DNA of 64,000 bases. Source: Ostrea edulis. Lineage: Eukaryota. Positions 59,601 through 64,000 of this stretch are shown here, piece by piece. The stretch's first letter is position 1, and each line of letters opens with the position of its first letter. The translations under genes and the position numbers were made by a program. The notes under the pieces were generated by a model, which was not told the origin of the DNA, searched no databases, and was given only the letters and a program-made list of their open reading frames with translations. The stretch is taken from positions 88,536,001 to 88,600,000 of the forward strand of contig NC_079166.1 in assembly GCF_947568905.1 (NCBI RefSeq), read 5' to 3'.

Positions 59601-62095
59601 GTGTGAGAACAAGCTTATCTAGTGCTGTGTGAGAACAAGCTTATCTAGTACTGTGTGAGAACAAGCTTATTTAGTACTGTGTGAGAACAAGCTTATCTAG
59701 TGCTGTGTGAGGACAAGCTTATCTAGTTCTGTGTGAGAACAAGCTTATCTAGTACTGTGTGAGAACAAACTTATCTAGTACTGTGTGAGAACAAGCTTAT
59801 CTAGTACTGTGTGATAACAAGCTTATCTAGTGCTGTGTGATAACAAGCTTATCTAGTACTGTGTGAGAACAAGCTTATCTAGTGCTGTGTGATAACAAGC
59901 TTATCTAGTTCTGTGTGAGAACAAGCTTATCTAGTTCTGTGTGATAACAAGCTTATCTAGTACTGTGTGAGAACAAGCTTATCTAGTACTGTGTGAGAAC
60001 AAGCTTATCTAGTACTGTGTGAGAACAAGCTTATCTAGTACTGTGTGAGAACAAGCGTATCTAGTTCTGTGTGAGAACAAGCTTATCTAGTACTGTGTGA
60101 GAACAAGCTTATGTAGTGCTGTGTGAGAACAAGTTTATCTAGTACTGTGTGAGAACAAGCTTATCTAGTACTGTGTGAGAACAAGCTTATCTAGTACTGT
60201 GTGAGAACAAGCTTATCTAGTACTGTGTGAGAACAAGCGTATCTAGTTCTGTGTGAGAACAAGCTTATCTAGTTCTGTGTGAGAACAAGCTTATCTAGTA
60301 CTGTGTGAGAACAAGCTTATCTAGTACTGTGTGAGAACAAGCTTATCTAGTACTGTGTGAGGACAAGCTTATCTAGTACTGTGTGAGAACAAGCTTATCT
60401 AGTACCGTGAGAACAAGCTTATGTAGTGCTGTGCGAGAACAAGTTTATCTAGTTGTGTGTGATAACAAGCTTATCTAGTTCTGTGTGAGAACAAGCTTAT
60501 CTAGTACTGTGTGAGAACAAGCGTATCTAGTTCTGTGTGAGAACAAGCTTATCTAGTTCTGTGTGAAAACAAGCTTATCTAGTACTGTTGAGAACAAGCT
60601 TATAAAGTGCTGTGTAAGGAAAAATGTATCTAGTTCTGTGTGAGAACAAGCTTATATAGCATTGTGTGAGAACAAGCTTATCTAGTACTGTGTGAGAACA
60701 AGCTTATCTAGTACTGTGTGAGGACAAGCTTATCTAGTACTGTGTGAGAACAAGCTTATCTAGTACCGTGAGAACAAGCTTATGTAGTGCTGTGCGAGAA
60801 CAAGTTTATCTAGTTGTGTGTGATAACAAGCTTATCTAGTTCTGTGTGAGAACAAGCTTATCTAGTACTGTGTGAGAACAAGCGTATCTAGTTCTGTGTG
60901 AGAACAAGCTTATCTAGTTCTGTGTGAAAACAAGCTTATCTAGTACTGTTGAGAACAAGCTTATAAAGTGCTGTGTAAGGAAAAATGTATCTAGTTCTGT
61001 GTGAGAACAAGCTTATATAGCATTGTGTGAGAACAAGCTTATCTAGTACTGTGTGAGAACAAGCTTATCTAGTAATGTATGAGAACAAGCTTATCTAGTA
61101 CTGTGTGAAAACAAACTTATCTAGTTCTGTGTGAGAACAAGCTTATCTAGTTCTGTGTGAGAACAAGCTTATCTAGTTCTGTGTGAGAACAAGCTTATCT
61201 AGTACCGTGAGAACAAGCTTATGTAGTGCTGTGTGAGAACAAGTTTATCTAGTTGTGTGTGATAACAAGCTTATCTAGTTCTGTGTGAGAACAAGCTTAT
61301 CTAGTACTGTGTGAGAACAAGCGTATCTAGTTCTGTGTGAAAACAAGCTTATCTAGTACTGTTGAGAACAAGCTTATAAAGTGCTGTGTAAGGAAAAATG
61401 TATCTAGTTCTGTGTGAGAACAAGCTTATATAGCATTGTGTGAGAACAAGCTTATCTAGTACTGTGTGAGAACAAGCTTATCTAGTAATGTATGAGAACA
61501 AGCTTATCTAGTACTGTGTGAAAACAAACTTATCTAGTTCTGTGTGAGAACAAGCTTATCTAGTTCTGTGTGAGAACAAGCTTATCTAGTTCTGTGTGAG
61601 AACAAGCTTATCTAGTACCGTGAGAACAAGCTTATGTAGTGCTGTGTGAGAACAAGTTTATCTAGTTGTGTGTGATAACAAGCTTATCTAGTTCTGTGTG
61701 AGAACAAGCTTATCTAGTACTGTGTGAGAACAAGCTTATCTAGTTCTGTGTGAGAACAAGCTTATCTAGTACCGTGAGAACAAGCTTATGTAGTACTGTG
61801 TGAGAACAAGTTTATCTAGTTCTGTGTGAGAACAAGCTTATCTAGTTCTGTGTGAGAACAAACTTATCTAGTACTGTGTGAGAACAAGCTTATCTAGTAC
61901 TGTGTGAGAACAAGCTTCTCTAGTTCTGTATGAGAACAAACTTATCTAGTACTGTGTGAGAACAAGCTTATCTAGTACTGTGAGAGAACAAGCTTATCTA
62001 GTACTATGTGAGAACAAGCTTATCTAGTACTGTATGAGAACAAGCTAATCTGCTTTGTCAGAACCAGCTTAATGTGTGAGAACAAGCTTATGTAA
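56695..62095. repeat. 26-bp satellite GTGTGAGAACAAGCTTATCTAGTWCT, about 205 copies (5.4 kb) with nested higher-order repeats
   Basis: Seen directly; contains HindIII (AAGCTT) and often ScaI (AGTACT) sites; diagnostic variant blocks recur. Confidence 0.98.
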
Positions 62096-62966
62096 GACTC
62101 ATTCGTGGTAGACTTCGAACAATGACATTCATTATATTGGTCTGCAATGGTCGCTGAATTTTGAATTAATGTGGCACTTCAAACCTACCACTGGTGAAAT
62201 CATCTCAGACAAAGATCCTGGCGTATCTTAACTAACAGCATCTACATTTTACTGTACATCGCCAGGACCCTAAGACGGAACTAAACTTGATAAATATAGG
62301 TAAAATCAAGATTGATGATCGATGATTATAAACATTTTATGAAGTACAATATGATTCTGTTTATTTTGGTACATTATAACAAAACTCTGTATGTATGGTT
62401 ATAGAGAATGCGAATAGATACTTTACAATCAAGATTTGGATTTCTCCAAAATAAAAAAAATAAAAAAGAAATAAAATCTCAAAGTTAATCAAGCTTGGAT
62501 TTTCTTTTAATTGAGCAGGTAAAATCTCAAACTTAATTATTATTTCGAGAAATCCAGGCCAGGCCCCAAGCTGAAAATAGATTTAGATCAAAATTTTGAT
62601 TGAGATCTTATCTATAGCACAGATGTTTTTAAAAAATGCAGGCTTATAGAAAATTAGAATGCAAACAGATATATAGGCCTACACTGAAAATTTTATTTGT
62701 TTATGAATTTTTTTTCGAAAGTTAGCTGGATTTGAAATTTAGACTCAGGTCTATTCTCAGTTTAAAGTCACTCGATCCCTTAGCGAGTCGCCGGGTATAC
62801 CCCGGCCGGATTTTATCAGAATCAAGTATGCTATATAAATAAAGCACGATGTGATATCGAGAATTATCGAATGTGGGCGTGTCTTTCACAATGATAAACA
62901 AACGCACGTGTTGGTATTAAAATGTAAACATCCGGGTACTTGTAGAATGTTGTTTAGGATACAGTA

Positions 62967-62997
62967 ATGGCGGCCGGGGACGACTCGGAGATTCCTG
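62967..62997 (+). CDS. Candidate first coding exon of a downstream gene (MAAGDDSEIP-)
   Basis: GTAATGG start context, 31 nt of open frame, then a consensus donor CCTG|GTAAGT, within a CpG-rich island (62760-63090). No downstream exon is visible in the window. Confidence 0.45.
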
Positions 62998-63497
62998 GTA
63001 AGTCTAAACTTGTCCGGCGGGCGCCGCCGAGCTCAAGCTGCCCATGGGGGGACTGTTGGGGGCACGGGAGGTAACACCCTGAACAACAGCAACATGTTCA
63101 ACTCCCCACCAAATGCTGCATTACACGGATTTATGCATCTAGTGCGAATTTACGTTTCTCAAAATGAGAAGGGGGGGGGGGGGGATAAATTGTCACATAT
63201 TTCTGCACATAGTTCTTCTTTCATAGCAAGAGTTTGAAAAGAAATCTGAAATTGATGATCGTAATTTATGATAAATCCTCTAGTTTCAATTTCAAGCAAT
63301 CACCAGAATTAATACTGTTCTGCTTCAATGCAATATTGCATCACATGAAGTGTGGAATGCTGCTATTACTTTACATGAGATTGATCATGGCTATTTAGTT
63401 ATATAACTATCTTGTATTCTATATTTTCTATAAGTGCATGATTTAGTAAAAATATGTGGTGTGTGATGGCTGATATAAAATGATTTCTGGTTAACAT

Positions 63498-63581
63498 CAA
63501 TCTGATTAAAATCAGATATTTGATCCGCCACCCGACATAACAATAATGGAGTGGATCAAAGATCTGATTTTAATCAGATTG
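63498..63581. mobile_element. 84-bp minimal MULE-like MITE, same family as 17306-18357
   Basis: TIR CAATCTGATTAAAATCAGAT / ATCTGATTTTAATCAGATTG; exact 9-bp TSD GGTTAACAT (63489-63497, 63582-63590). Confidence 0.8.
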
Positions 63582-63649
63582 GGTTAACATTGTATGTGAA
63601 AATGCCATGTAATAATTGATATAGTAGTAGTTTATAGGGCTATACAGAC

Positions 63650-63975
63650 CGTGGACATCGGCAAGGATAGCTCAGTGGTTAGAGCACCTGGCTAGTGATG
63701 CAGGGGTTCCGGGTTCGATTCTCGGTCCAGTCACAAATTTTCACCTCTCCTATACTACAGTTGGGGCCGTTGACCACAACTGCAGGTTGTCCTGCCAGGG
63801 GCAAAAAAAGAAAATCTTATGTTGTGTACTTTTGATGACAAAAACAAATTGAAGGAAGGAGAAATGTAGTAGTTAAGGCTATACTTGCCATGTGGTTAGA
63901 GCACCTGACTAGTAATGCAGGGGTCCTGGGTTTGATTCCTGCCAGGCCAAGATTTTCTCCTCTCCTCTACTACAA
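63650..63975 (+). mobile_element. Two tandem tRNA-derived SINE-like units
   Basis: GGATAGCTCAGTGGTTAGAGCACC..GGGTTCGATTC and GTGGTTAGAGCACCTGACTAGTAATGCAGGGGTCCTGGGTTTGATTCC, each followed by CTCTCCT..TACTACA. Confidence 0.6.
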
Positions 63976-64000
63976 TATGTTATACTAATATGTTATTGTA

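Noticed and set aside
63010-63237. 75-aa Gly-rich ORF MSGGRRRAQAAHGG
   Set aside because: It has a non-ATG start in GC-rich sequence just after a strong donor (probably intron 1); no recognisable domain.

Overview
Eukaryotic, AT-rich, repeat-dense genomic DNA, almost certainly from an oyster (Ostreidae). This is inferred from Helentron-type elements carrying HindIII/Cg170-like core repeats, bivalve-type SINEs and a B-box/NHL TRIM gene; the species cannot be determined. I reconstructed the genes by hand from splice sites and reading phase: (1) a complete 6-exon, 356-aa TPR-less STI1/DP-domain gene (minus, 220-13033); (2) a cryptic 6-exon plus-strand gene missed by the ORF track (about 14389-27919), with consistent exon phases, a GC donor and one in-frame TGA; (3) a single-coding-exon B-box/coiled-coil/NHL TRIM-like gene (minus, 28922-30583); (4) NCBP2/CBP20 (minus, 41229-44825, 162 aa) with a U12-type intron; (5) PIGZ GPI mannosyltransferase 4 (plus, 52018-55254, 580 aa), head-to-head with NCBP2; (6) a possible first exon at 62967. 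The rest is minisatellites, Helentron-like HINEs, MITEs (Kolobok-, MULE- and hAT-like), SINEs and LINE/PLE fragments. The most striking pattern is that tandem arrays repeatedly copy the splice sites themselves: 5 of about 31 mapped sites, in 4 of 5 genes. This creates ladders of decoy or in-frame alternative donors and acceptors. No prokaryotic features, CRISPR arrays or true tRNA/rRNA genes are supported. All calls are manual; no database searches were run.
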